A stretch of 61,550 nt of DNA, filler included, from an uncultured bacterium (lineage in GTDB: Bacteria > Auribacterota > CAZIXI01), in NCBI GenBank assembly GCA_964543115.1. It is 5 parts of 5 records of this genome, joined end to end, with 100 filler letters (N's around TTAATTAATTAA, not from the genome) between each part and the next. Parts side by side here need not be neighbours in the genome. Positions count along the whole stretch, not along the records: positions 49,409 to 61,550 come from CAZIXI010000087.1; 4 more parts are not named here. The stretch is one strand, 5' to 3'. The position numbers and the translations under genes were made by a program. The notes under the pieces are model-generated. The model saw only the letters and a list, made by a program, of their open reading frames with translations. It did not search any database and was not told where the DNA came from. Position 1 is the stretch's first letter; each line of letters opens with the position of its first letter. Positions 49,582-59,800 of the stretch are shown in pieces.

Positions 49582-52500
49582 TTAATCACTCAATCCCCTG
49601 CTGACGTGCCCGCCGGTACCGCCGAAATACATTGCCCGTTCCACAGCAATGCCGATTGTGGCGGTGATGCTGGCCGAGAAGGAGGCGCTTTCCAGTCCGG
49701 AGATGTTATCGGTATGAATGGTAAATCGGGATTGAGCAGGAACGGTATAGGTCTCAGTTACGGTGGTGCCGTCGGTTTTTAAGTAATTTACGGTTACTGT
49801 AGCCGCTGTGCTATTTGGATTCATTAACAGGATAAATTCATCAAAATCCTCCGCGGTGCAGCCCTCTGCCAGGTACCAGGTCTGGGAAAGGGTTTTGGCG
49901 CCGATAGTGCAGTGACCGTCACCGCTGGTGCCGCTGCCCCAGTACATGGCGCGTTCAGCCACTACCTGGGAGGTACCCGCATCAATAAAGGTAGAAACTT
50001 CATGATTAGAAAGTATATTATCCACATGAATAGAATAACGGGATTTCCCGCCGACGATATAAGTGCGCTCTTCTGAGCTGGCTCCGTTCACGTAAAAAGT
50101 GACGGTGCAGGTGGCCGCGCCGTCACCGGGATTTTGGATCAGGATCCAGGTGTTATAGGTGCCGCCGGTATAACCTTCGGTGAGGTACCAGGTACTGCTG
50201 GGGGTGGTGGTGCCGATAGAACAATGTCCTCCGCTCATATTGTTCCAGTAAACCGCCCGTTCAGCCACAATGGTCAGGTCAGAGTCCACCTTAGTGGCGA
50301 AATTGGCATTGGCGATAGTGCTGAGGGAACTTGTGTTAACGGTATATCTACTGTTAGCGGGGACGGTTACGGTATGAACAATATTGGTGCCGTCGGTTTT
50401 CATGAAAGTTAGGGCCACGTTAGCGGCGGAGCTGTTGGGATTCAATAAAAGGATATAGGTATTATAATCGGCTGTTGATCCTTCAGCGAAATACCAGGTC
50501 TGGGAGGTAGAGGTCACTCCGATTGTATCATGGCCTTTGGTCATATTGTTCCAGTACATGGCCCGTTCCGCGGCAATGGTGACATTATTAGTTACTTCTA
50601 TTTTCATGGAAACATCGGTGTCTTCCAGACCAGAGATTGTGTCCACATGGATACTGTAGCGGGAAGTAGCGCCGATAGTGTAATTTTTGCTGATTGTGGT
50701 TGACGGTGTGTAATAAGTCACAGTTACGGTTGCCGCCTGGGAGTTGGGATTGGAGAGCAGTAACCAGGTATCGTAACCGCTAGTGGTACAGCCTTCGGCG
50801 AAGTACCAGCTGGTGGATGTGCCCCAGACGTAAGCGCCGGTTTCCGCGCCCATGCTCAAGGAATAATCGGTGGTTTGCGCGCTTATTCCGGCAGGATTTC
50901 TATAGGCGCGGGACAGGCTGTTCGCGTATACCTCTCCTTCCATCATATGTAAGGCCAGAAACCTGGCGGAAGTGTCACCCACATAATGCTCTTCCCAGCT
51001 ACTTGTTTGTTCTTCATCCTCATCTTCATCCTCATCCTCATCCTCAGTATTAACAGTTTCATTATTAACAAGGTTACCGGCAGAAGGGCTGTAATAGATA
51101 ATGTTTCTCATGGCCGCGTATACTTTATTGGAATCATTGGGATCAACAACCACGTCCCGGAAAACACCCAGGTTGCCGGCGGAATTTGGATAAACATCTG
51201 TCCAGGTCAAGCCGCCATCAGTGCTTTTGAATACCGTGCCCGGCCGGCCGGTTTCTCTGTTCCGGCAGCCGTTGTAACCGGTACCGGCATAAAATACATC
51301 ACTGTTATTAGGATCCTGAGTAAGACAGCGCCAGATGTAATCACTGCTGCCTTCGATAGTTTCCCAGGTCGTACCGCCGTCATTGCTTACTTGTAAGCCG
51401 GCACCAGTTGCTGCTTCATCGTCAGGAGCAATAGTAAAGTTGCCAAAGCTGACAATGATCCTGGGGTTGGATACGGAGGCGCCGTAATCGTAGGCGTGAA
51501 CAGCCAGGATGGGGGTGGAGCTTATTAATTCCGTGCAGGTCCATTCGCTTGTGTCCTCGCTATAGGTTACTTTATACAGGGCGCCTACATCGGCTTCCGT
51601 TGTGTCGGAAACAGCAACATATATTGTCAGCGCGGAGAAAGGATCAGGGCAGATATCCCTGATCGGGATTCCCGTGTAGGTAGTTACGATAGCTATCTGA
51701 AGCTCTTCTATTACAGTCCAGGTAGCGCCGTTATCGTCACTGTATGATACAATGGCGCCGTTATTACCGGCGTAAATCCTTCCGTTGCGGGAATCGGTGG
51801 CCAGACAAGTCCATTCCGAGGTGCCGGATTGCACCCAGGTCCAGGAACTGCCGCTGTCCGTGCTCCTGGCCAGGCCGCATTCAGAGGCGATAATAATAGT
51901 ATTTTCATCATTAGGCGCCTGGACCACATCTTCCACCTCCACTGCCTGCAGGCCGTTGTTAATACCGGAAAATGATTCACCCGCGTCCAGTGAGCGGGCA
52001 ACGCCCCGGTCAGTTTTTGTGTATATAATATTATCATCACGGGGATGGATTATTACAATATCGCCACTGCCAAATCCTGATCCTTCATCCGTATCCGGTA
52101 ATATTGTCCAGTTAGCGCCGGCGTCAATACTCTTATAATTCCTACAATAAACTACGTTGGAATCCGCAAAATAAACCTTATCCGCTTCATTTTCAACAAT
52201 GTTCACTTGGGTAAAGGTTGGTGAATCCGCAGTTGCTTCCGTTGTTTTTATTAGATATGGCGCTTCTTCGGGAGTAATACCTTTAATGAAAATAGTATTG
52301 GGGTTATTAGGGTCAACAGTAACTCTTTGCGGCATGAAATCTTCGAAGGTGTCCGATATCTCGGTATAAGAACTGATTGTTTCTTGCGTCCAGCTGCTGC
52401 CGTTGTAATAACAGCGGTAAAGATAAAAAACATCGTCGATAGTGACTGCTGCCCAAACGTAGATAGCTGTGCCGTCCGCGTTCTCGTAAACAGATAAATC

Positions 52501-53040
52501 CTCAAAATTAGAGCCAAATTCCAGCGATTCGGTTAATACCGTTGACCAGGTGGTGCCTTGATCACTACTATAGTAAAGCTGGGAGTCAGATGCATCATAA
52601 TAAGCATTGCAAAAGATTGTATTATTCGCGGTAACGCGCACGTTTCTAGCGTTTTGAATATCATAAATAGGCGACCAGCTGCTGCCTCCATCGGTACTGC
52701 GAAACAAGGCACTTGAAGTTGCCAGATAAACATTGCCATTATCTTGAGTTACAGCGATGCCGTTAATAGTATAGTCATAATCGCTGGTAAATCCCAGCTT
52801 GGTCCAGCCGCCATCGTGTCCGCTGGCCTTGTGGATGGTATTGTGGGTGCTGATAGTTACATAAACTTCATCCAGGGCGTAATTATCGGAACTGTGGGAA
52901 TTGCTGGGACTGTAAATAGTAACGTAGGCAACTTTTCCGCCATAGAGTCCCAGGTTTTGCCAATTTTCTAAGCAGCAGGCGTCTTGACTAAAAAACACCA
53001 ATAATAAGAAAGAAAACAAAAAGCAGAATTTTAAGTTCAT
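49582..53040 (-). CDS. Exported BNR/Asp-box beta-propeller protein with four C-terminal DUF5719-like repeats
   Basis: Signal peptide; at least 8 SxDxGxxW boxes; acidic linker; four ~100-aa repeats WY(F/L)xEGxT...LLxNP...SRY(S/T)IH(V/T)D...(V/A)ERAMY(W/F) at ~49582-50815. Confidence 0.88.
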   Translation of the reverse strand: MNLKFCFLFSFLLLVFFSQDACCLENWQNLGLYGGKVAYVTIYSPSNSHSSDNYALDEVYVTISTHNTIHKASGHDGGWTKLGFTSDYDYTINGIAVTQDNGNVYLATSSALFRSTDGGSSWSPIYDIQNARNVRVTANNTIFCNAYYDASDSQLYYSSDQGTTWSTVLTESLEFGSNFEDLSVYENADGTAIYVWAAVTIDDVFYLYRCYYNGSSWTQETISSYTEISDTFEDFMPQRVTVDPNNPNTIFIKGITPEEAPYLIKTTEATADSPTFTQVNIVENEADKVYFADSNVVYCRNYKSIDAGANWTILPDTDEGSGFGSGDIVIIHPRDDNIIYTKTDRGVARSLDAGESFSGINNGLQAVEVEDVVQAPNDENTIIIASECGLARSTDSGSSWTWVQSGTSEWTCLATDSRNGRIYAGNNGAIVSYSDDNGATWTVIEELQIAIVTTYTGIPIRDICPDPFSALTIYVAVSDTTEADVGALYKVTYSEDTSEWTCTELISSTPILAVHAYDYGASVSNPRIIVSFGNFTIAPDDEAATGAGLQVSNDGGTTWETIEGSSDYIWRCLTQDPNNSDVFYAGTGYNGCRNRETGRPGTVFKSTDGGLTWTDVYPNSAGNLGVFRDVVVDPNDSNKVYAAMRNIIYYSPSAGNLVNNETVNTEDEDEDEDEDEEQTSSWEEHYVGDTSARFLALHMMEGEVYANSLSRAYRNPAGISAQTTDYSLSMGAETGAYVWGTSTSWYFAEGCTTSGYDTWLLLSNPNSQAATVTVTYYTPSTTISKNYTIGATSRYSIHVDTISGLEDTDVSMKIEVTNNVTIAAERAMYWNNMTKGHDTIGVTSTSQTWYFAEGSTADYNTYILLLNPNSSAANVALTFMKTDGTNIVHTVTVPANSRYTVNTSSLSTIANANFATKVDSDLTIVAERAVYWNNMSGGHCSIGTTTPSSTWYLTEGYTGGTYNTWILIQNPGDGAATCTVTFYVNGASSEERTYIVGGKSRYSIHVDNILSNHEVSTFIDAGTSQVVAERAMYWGSGTSGDGHCTIGAKTLSQTWYLAEGCTAEDFDEFILLMNPNSTAATVTVNYLKTDGTTVTETYTVPAQSRFTIHTDNISGLESASFSASITATIGIAVERAMYFGGTGGHVSRGLSD
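51011..51046. repeat. Hexanucleotide tandem repeat encoding (ED)n linker
   Basis: TC(C/T)TCA x6 encoding EDEDEDEDEDEE. Confidence 0.85.
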
Positions 53041-53075
53041 CCTCCCCCCAATCGTTAGCTTCAGTTTAACAAACC

Positions 53076-53092
53076 TGCAAATATAATGCCAA
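53076..53092 (-). promoter_or_regulatory. Sigma54 promoter
   Basis: TTGGCATTATATTTGCA (GG-N10-GC), 36 nt upstream of ATG 53040, with a GGGGAGG RBS. Confidence 0.75.
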
Positions 53093-53292
53093 GGAAAAAC
53101 TTATTTTTGCCCTGCATAAGGCATTTACGCGCAACGAGGTAAAAATGTTGACAAGTAGTGTTTGTAAAGATTGCTTTTATTTGTCCAGAATTAGTACAAA
53201 TATTAGTGTCCTAAACTCATACATATATATATTAGTAAATGTGGATTATTTATAAACATTTTGCTAGAATATCAATATTATGGAGGGGATTT

Positions 53293-53739
53293 ATGCCTGA
53301 AGAAAAACAGAATATGGATGTTCAACCGGAACGCAAAGAAGACCGGCGCAAACGCCCGACTCCGTTTATCAGCCGTTATACATTTAGGGGCCGCCGCCGG
53401 GCCAGCCGCCGGGGCGAGGAAAAGCATAATTATTATGTGGATCGGCTGGGCAGCAGGGTGTGGTGGGTGATCGGAGTGGTGGTGCTGCTGTCGGTAATTG
53501 ATTCTATCTTTACGCTTTATTTTATCAATAAAGGTTACCAGGAAGTGAATCCAGTAATGAATATTGCTATTATTATTGGCAAACCTACCTTTATCATATT
53601 TAAATACCTATTAACCATCCTCGGCATCCTCGTTGTGGGGATGCACAAAAACTTCATTCTCGTTAAACCGCTGATGGCGCTGATTATCGCCATGTACACC
53701 TTTCTTAACTGTTATCATATTTATTTATTTTTCAGTTAA
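53293..53739 (+). CDS. DUF5658-like membrane protein
   Basis: Arg-rich N-terminus; LSVIDSIFTLYFINKGYQEVNPVM..FKY motif; likely start ATG 53293 after GGAGGGG. Confidence 0.8.
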   Translation: MPEEKQNMDVQPERKEDRRKRPTPFISRYTFRGRRRASRRGEEKHNYYVDRLGSRVWWVIGVVVLLSVIDSIFTLYFINKGYQEVNPVMNIAIIIGKPTFIIFKYLLTILGILVVGMHKNFILVKPLMALIIAMYTFLNCYHIYLFFS

Positions 53740-53769
53740 TGGCAGTCTATATACATTCATATAATGGCA

Positions 53770-53786
53770 GCCCCGCAAAGCGGGGC
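53770..53786. terminator. GC-rich hairpin between convergent genes
   Basis: GCCCCGC-AAA-GCGGGGC between the stops at 53739 (+) and 53812 (-). Confidence 0.5.
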
Positions 53787-53811
53787 AGTCTCAGGCGTAG
53801 CCTGGGGGTGT

Positions 53812-56800
53812 TTACGCGGAAGCGGCAACGAGTTCTCTTGTATATTGAAGGGCGTTATAGTAAGGTTTTATGAAGGGCACGATTTCCGGTAGTTGAATAA
53901 TAAAAGGTTTTCCAGCAATAATTGCCTGCATAGCGGCAGCAATGTATTCATCAATTTTTTCACCCGCCAGTTGTCCCTGGTAGTAGGCAGTATACAATTG
54001 AGTAAATTTATCTTCAAGTATACCTTTTTCTGCTGTTAGATCCGCATGTGTACCGAGAATAACAGCCATCCGGCTCATCAATAATAGATCGCTTTCCCCG
54101 GATTTGCCGGTAATTATCCGGTGCTTAGCGGATAATCCCTGCAGGCCGCTGGCGGTAGTTTCTGTGAGCATGCTGACCGCGTAGAGGGATTCTTCAATAA
54201 TGTCTGCCGGGTAAGCGCTAGCAAAAGACACAGCAGTAATGCCATGCGCGGCCAGGAACATTTTTACCGCTTCTTTTTCCATTTCTGTTTGTCCATCTTT
54301 GCCTTTATTAGCGGCATTATAGAGTATGCGCAGTTGTCCCTTTTCCGCTGCCTGGCGCAGGATGCCGATTGCCGATGAACCCAAAGGCGCTACTGAATAT
54401 GTGCCGTCACCATTATCTTTTACCTCACCGACGAGATGTTGGGCCTCGACAATTAACGGAACGTCTTCGGACCACTGGGCTGTTCTGGCCGCCGGAGCCG
54501 CTGTATCCAGCAATTCTCCGGCTTTCTGGTAACCGGCCAGGGCCTGGAGCAGCTGCTGCGCCTTTCCCGGTTCCAGCAGCAGATGGTTCCGGCCGAGTGT
54601 TTCCATTAATTGCGGCAGGCCTTCAATGTCCAGGTTTTCACCGGTTTCCAGGCTATCAATAACGTTGTTGGCGTCAAATACCGGTTGGCCCCCGTTGCCG
54701 TAACGGTCCAGGTAGTAGGGTCCCGGAGCAGTATTTACTTTGCCGGCAAGATGGCTGATTAATTCAACCAGGGCCAGCAAATAGTCTTTTATCCGCTGGA
54801 ATAGTGAAGGTGCTTTCTGTTCCTCTATTTCTTTCATGGCCAGTTCCATGGCCAGGATCTCCTGGATGCGGGACATCCTTTCCTGCATTTTATCCGCTAC
54901 GCCTATATTAATTAAGGCCATAACTTTGCCTACCTTATCCGCGTTGGACGTAATTAGCTGCAATTCAGAGGTGGTAACCCGGCCGTCTTTTTTCAGCAGA
55001 TTAAGTAATTTAATCCTGTATTCCAGTGTTGTTTTCGTGGCACCTTTTTTGCTTAAGATCCGTTCCAGTTCGTGTACATCCATCCCCAGCAGGGCGGCAA
55101 CGCAATTAAGTTTAATATCATAGGTCAGCCGTTCATTGGCCTTGCCCCGGTACCTGCCGTTTTGATCATTTTGCAGGTAATAACGCGCGTAATAGTGCCG
55201 CAGGTAGGCAGCATGATCGGCAGTGCCGGCATAGGGCGCTGCTTTTTGATGGATCTTGTCTCTGGTGCCGGCCGGCAGCGCGTCAATCGCCGCGCTTAAA
55301 TCAGCGGCTGACATACTAATCAGAAAAGCATGTAAGGCCTCGTGGATAATCGCCATATCATTATCCAACAGCGCTTCATCCAAGTAGAGGACTCCCTCCC
55401 GCATATGGCCAAAGGCCCCGGCCGCCCGGGAACTGTTATCGCCAGTAAACAGCCTGATTTTCCCTTCTGCTAACATTCTTTCCAGTACCCGCATAAATTC
55501 CGCATTCTCTCCCGCCTGGATTCCTCTGGCTGTTTCCAGGATCTTCTCCCTTCTGGCGGCGTCAAATTCTTCTGCTGCCGGTTCCCTTGCCTCCAACCCT
55601 TCACTAATCACCGTCCCATCCGGCGCCCGGATAACGATGGAATTCCCGATAATTTCAAAGGCCAGGTCTTTGCCGATATTTTCTGAGGCAGGAAGGGTGG
55701 GAGTCTGTTCCTGTTTTAAGGGTGGAGCGAGAGTTCTTATGTCTAATGGTTGTCCTGAAGCTAATTCTGCGCCAGCAATAATTTCTTGCCAACGCTGCCA
55801 ATGCTTAATTTCACCTTCAAGGCGCGTCATTACACTTTGAAGCTTTGTGTATGTTTCCATCATTACAGTGCGCAAGTATTGCATCTTAGCTGACGTAATT
55901 TTTGTTAGCGTTGCCTGTATTTGTGCTACCGACGCGCCACTGTCAAGTTGTTCTTGTAGCTCATGTCTTATGCGAACAATATGGTTACCGCTAAGTTCAG
56001 CGTAAGAAAGTTCGTCGCCCCACTGGGAGAGGTATTCTTTTATCAGTTTAGAAGAAGAAGGATCTAGTTCTAGACTTACTCTTGTGGACATAAAGCTTTC
56101 TAATCCCTGTAGTATTCTCCAGGCTGGCACACGCCCACTTTTAAGTAGGCCTTTTAATCTTCCGACAATACTATGTTTGTGGTTAAGTCCGCCAGGCGTA
56201 TCATCATATATCCCAGCGCTTTCCAGGTCATCTTCCCAGGCGGAAAGGTATTCTGCTATTAGTGCTAATGCTTCCTTGTATTCTTTTGCCTCTGTGTTTT
56301 TTGCACTGCTTAATAATTCGAGTATACTTGACCCCGAGATAGTGCTCTGGAGCATTTTTAATGCTTTATCTTTGTTTGTTGTTCCTTCCAGTAAATCAAG
56401 GATATCTTTTTCTTTATTGTAGCTGATGATTTCTTTCACAAGTTTTGTGTTGAAACTGCTGACGTCAAATAGTCTGCTGTATAGCCTCAGAGATCTTTCC
56501 ACTATATCTTCATCAGCGATATTGGCGGAGACAAAACCAGCAATATCAGGGATCGCTACTATGTTAGAGATTAGACCTAAGAAAGAATCCCAGCCGTCGC
56601 TCTGTTTTTCGGCTCTTGTGAATAGTTGATTGACGAGCAGTCTCAGAATCTGTCCGACAAAGGCATTTTTGAGGTTTGCTTCCATGTCTCTGAGTTCTGA
56701 TTGGTAGTGGGCCTGGGAAATTGCAGAATACCCTCTGGCATCTGTCATTCTGCCTAGCAGGAGATCTTCGCCCCGGAAGTGGCGCGGGATAAAGGGGATT

Positions 56801-59800
56801 ATTCTTAATTCCAGTGTGGCCCGGGTTGTATAGTTTCCGCCCGGAAGCTGTTTATGGTCCATTTCGGTCCAGAATGCTTTTCCCCCGCTGGTGTTGGATA
56901 CTGAATCAAAGTAGTAAATGTAAGCACGATCCGGTTGATTAGCTATACTGGCATCTTGGATAGTGACTCCGCCGGCGAATATATGCAGTTCTTCATCTTC
57001 GGCAAAAACACGTGAGGTCTGGCCGAAAAAATTGTATATATGAACTTCATCGAAGCCGGCATATCCTTCTGTTTCAGCTTTCAGCTGGCTGGTTCTTCGT
57101 AAAGGATTAGAAAGCTTCATGTCATCATCGGTGTGAAGCACGAGCAGATTATTTTCATCCAACCCTTGCTCTCGTGTTTCAATTGCGGCAATGATTTGCA
57201 TCATGTTTCTGATTCCTCCGTAACCTTTTGCGTGAAAGGCCGATGTTTCGTTAACGAAATAACCTAAATCAACCGGGCCGTTTTCCTCTCCTTCAGTTGC
57301 TTCGCGCAAATTCTTGATTATACCGTGCTGACGTTTCTGGTCGTAGTATGACACTGTTACTTGGCCCTCCCATTTTGCTAGCTTACCGGCAAAAGTATTG
57401 TATATATCTAAATAAGTATCATTATGCTCTTGCTTGTATATGTGGCTGTCATTAAGGATGACAATATGTATTCGTCTGTTCTTTCCGTAGTGAAATGATT
57501 CAAGTTCCCTTTCAATACTGGCCAGAAGATTATCGAGGTCTTGCGGCCGGTTAAAAGAGGGTACTACTATCATGAAGTCCGAGCGTGTATCTGTAAAACC
57601 GGGTAGCTGACGGCGGGCTTTTTGAACCAACTCTTCATATTGTTGTGACAAATATTGTAATCTGCCGATTTTTGTTTCTCTCTCCGTTAAGGGTGTTTCT
57701 TTGTCTTCGGTTGGATCGTAGTTCAGTTTTCTGTATGAAGGTAATGTCTGTTGAATTATTTTATTGCGAATGTGTTTGGCGTTACCCAATTTGCCTTTAA
57801 TTTGGTTTCTTGCCTCCAAAAGCCTTTTCCTTTCATTTAATAATTCTTCTGTTTTTGCTATCCCTATTTTTCTGTTTATGCTATTCAATTTAGCATCTAT
57901 TTCCGCTAATTCTTTCGCCAAAATTATGATTTCTTTTTGTATTTTCATTAAATTTTCTTGTGCTTCAAGTTGCCGTATTTGGGTGATGCCCGCGGTTATT
58001 TCTTGATCAAGCTTGTTTATCTCGCCGGCATAATCTGCCAGGGACCTTTTCAGTAAGGCGCGATATTTTTCTTCTAGACTAGCCAGAAGAATTGCCTGGC
58101 CTGGATCCTGACTAATACTGGCTATTAAGCTCTCGTATATATCCAAAAGCACAATAAGATTGTCTTCGCCCAGTAAGGCATTAAAGCCATACTCTAGAGC
58201 TTTAGCGAAGAGGGCATCATCTGCTCCTTCCAGCAAAGACCGGCTGATTGTAATTGTTTTGTCGTTTATTGCTAGGGGAAATTCTTTTGTGTCAACTATA
58301 GTAATTCTAATGTCTTGTAAATCGGCTGCTTTTTCGAAGCCGTGCGCAAGAGCAGTAGCGATAAGGGCGTTTCTAATAGTACTTCGTCTGGACGCTAGTT
58401 GATGATGAATATCTAAAGAATCATAGACAGAATCAATTTGATTTATTCTTTCTTGGGAACCCGCAACAGCCTGAGTTGTGTCAAGCAGGAGGGCAAAAAA
58501 TCTATGTCTGCTGTCTGATGAAGTGATGTCTTTTTCTTTTAGAAAATCCAGGATGAACTTTATGTCGTTATCGTCCAGGACTGCTCTTGCTGATTCCAAA
58601 CTGTCCGCTTCCCGCAGTTTAGCGACTGTGGCTGCGCCTGTCATTTCATCGCTGATCAGTTCCAGTATTCCTCTTCGTATGCTCTGCCAGCTGCTGTCTG
58701 TGATTACATCCGGAGCAAGATGGGCCAAGCTAAGAGTGTTTAGAAGTTTATCCGGGGAAAATGTATTATCAAGCATTCTTTCCAGATATGCTTTTCTTGA
58801 GGAAGGATCATTTTTGGTGATTGTCGGTGTGATTGTGATTACTTCCAGGCCTTTTTCGGTTAATAGTTTTTCAACGCCCAGAGCATGAAACCCCCCCACA
58901 ATTAGGGCCGCCCGGTCGGTGTCATTTGCTTCCAGTTGAGAGATCAGCTTGTCGACTATAGATTGTTCTCTTGCCAGGGCGTAATGGTAAAATACCCTGG
59001 TGCGATTGTAGAAGTCCTCTGTCTGAAGGATCTGCTGGCCGTTAAAGATTTTGGGAACAGGTAGTAGATTATGCTTTTTGCTTTGTTTCCCAAGAAATGC
59101 AGCAATTTTTGCCGGAGTGAATGCTGATTTGTCGTATTGGTTGAGTTCTTCTCTGCTGATCTCCAGTTTTTTTAATTTATTGAGCAGAAAAACGGCCGTG
59201 TCGATATTGTGCAGATCAAGCAGGTCTTTTTCAACAAGAATCGTAGTGTATATTTCTTCAATTAAATTATCTATGTCGATAAATAAGCCGTCAGGATCTA
59301 TTCCGGAATGAAATTGCAGGATCTTAATGTAGTTTTTTAGGTTGGTAAATGATGGAGACGCGGGAAAAGCTGGCAGTAGAGTTTCTAAAAATTTGTAATA
59401 GTCAAGACTAGATATTTCATCTAGTTTGTATTCAAGACTATTTTTGACAAGCTGTTTCAGTTCGTCTGCGGGAAGGGTTTCTTCGCATTTTTCTATTAAT
59501 AATGCTCTTTCCTTTTCAAGCTTGTTGAAATCCGTTGTTTTTTCCAAAAGGATTGCTTTTAAGGCCAGGGATACGTTGCGGTATTTTGGGATGTATGAGC
59601 TATAGGATCCGGAGAGATATTCAATAAAAGCCGAAAAAGGTAAATTATTGTTTTTGTAATTTGTGACGTTATCGTCAAAGATCAAGACATTTTTTGGGTA
59701 AAGAAGCTTTTTTAGTGGAATTATTATTTCAGTGGATTTTTCCAGGAATTTATCGGCTTGGGTGTTGTCCCGGTAAACATCACGAAAAGATATCAGGTTT

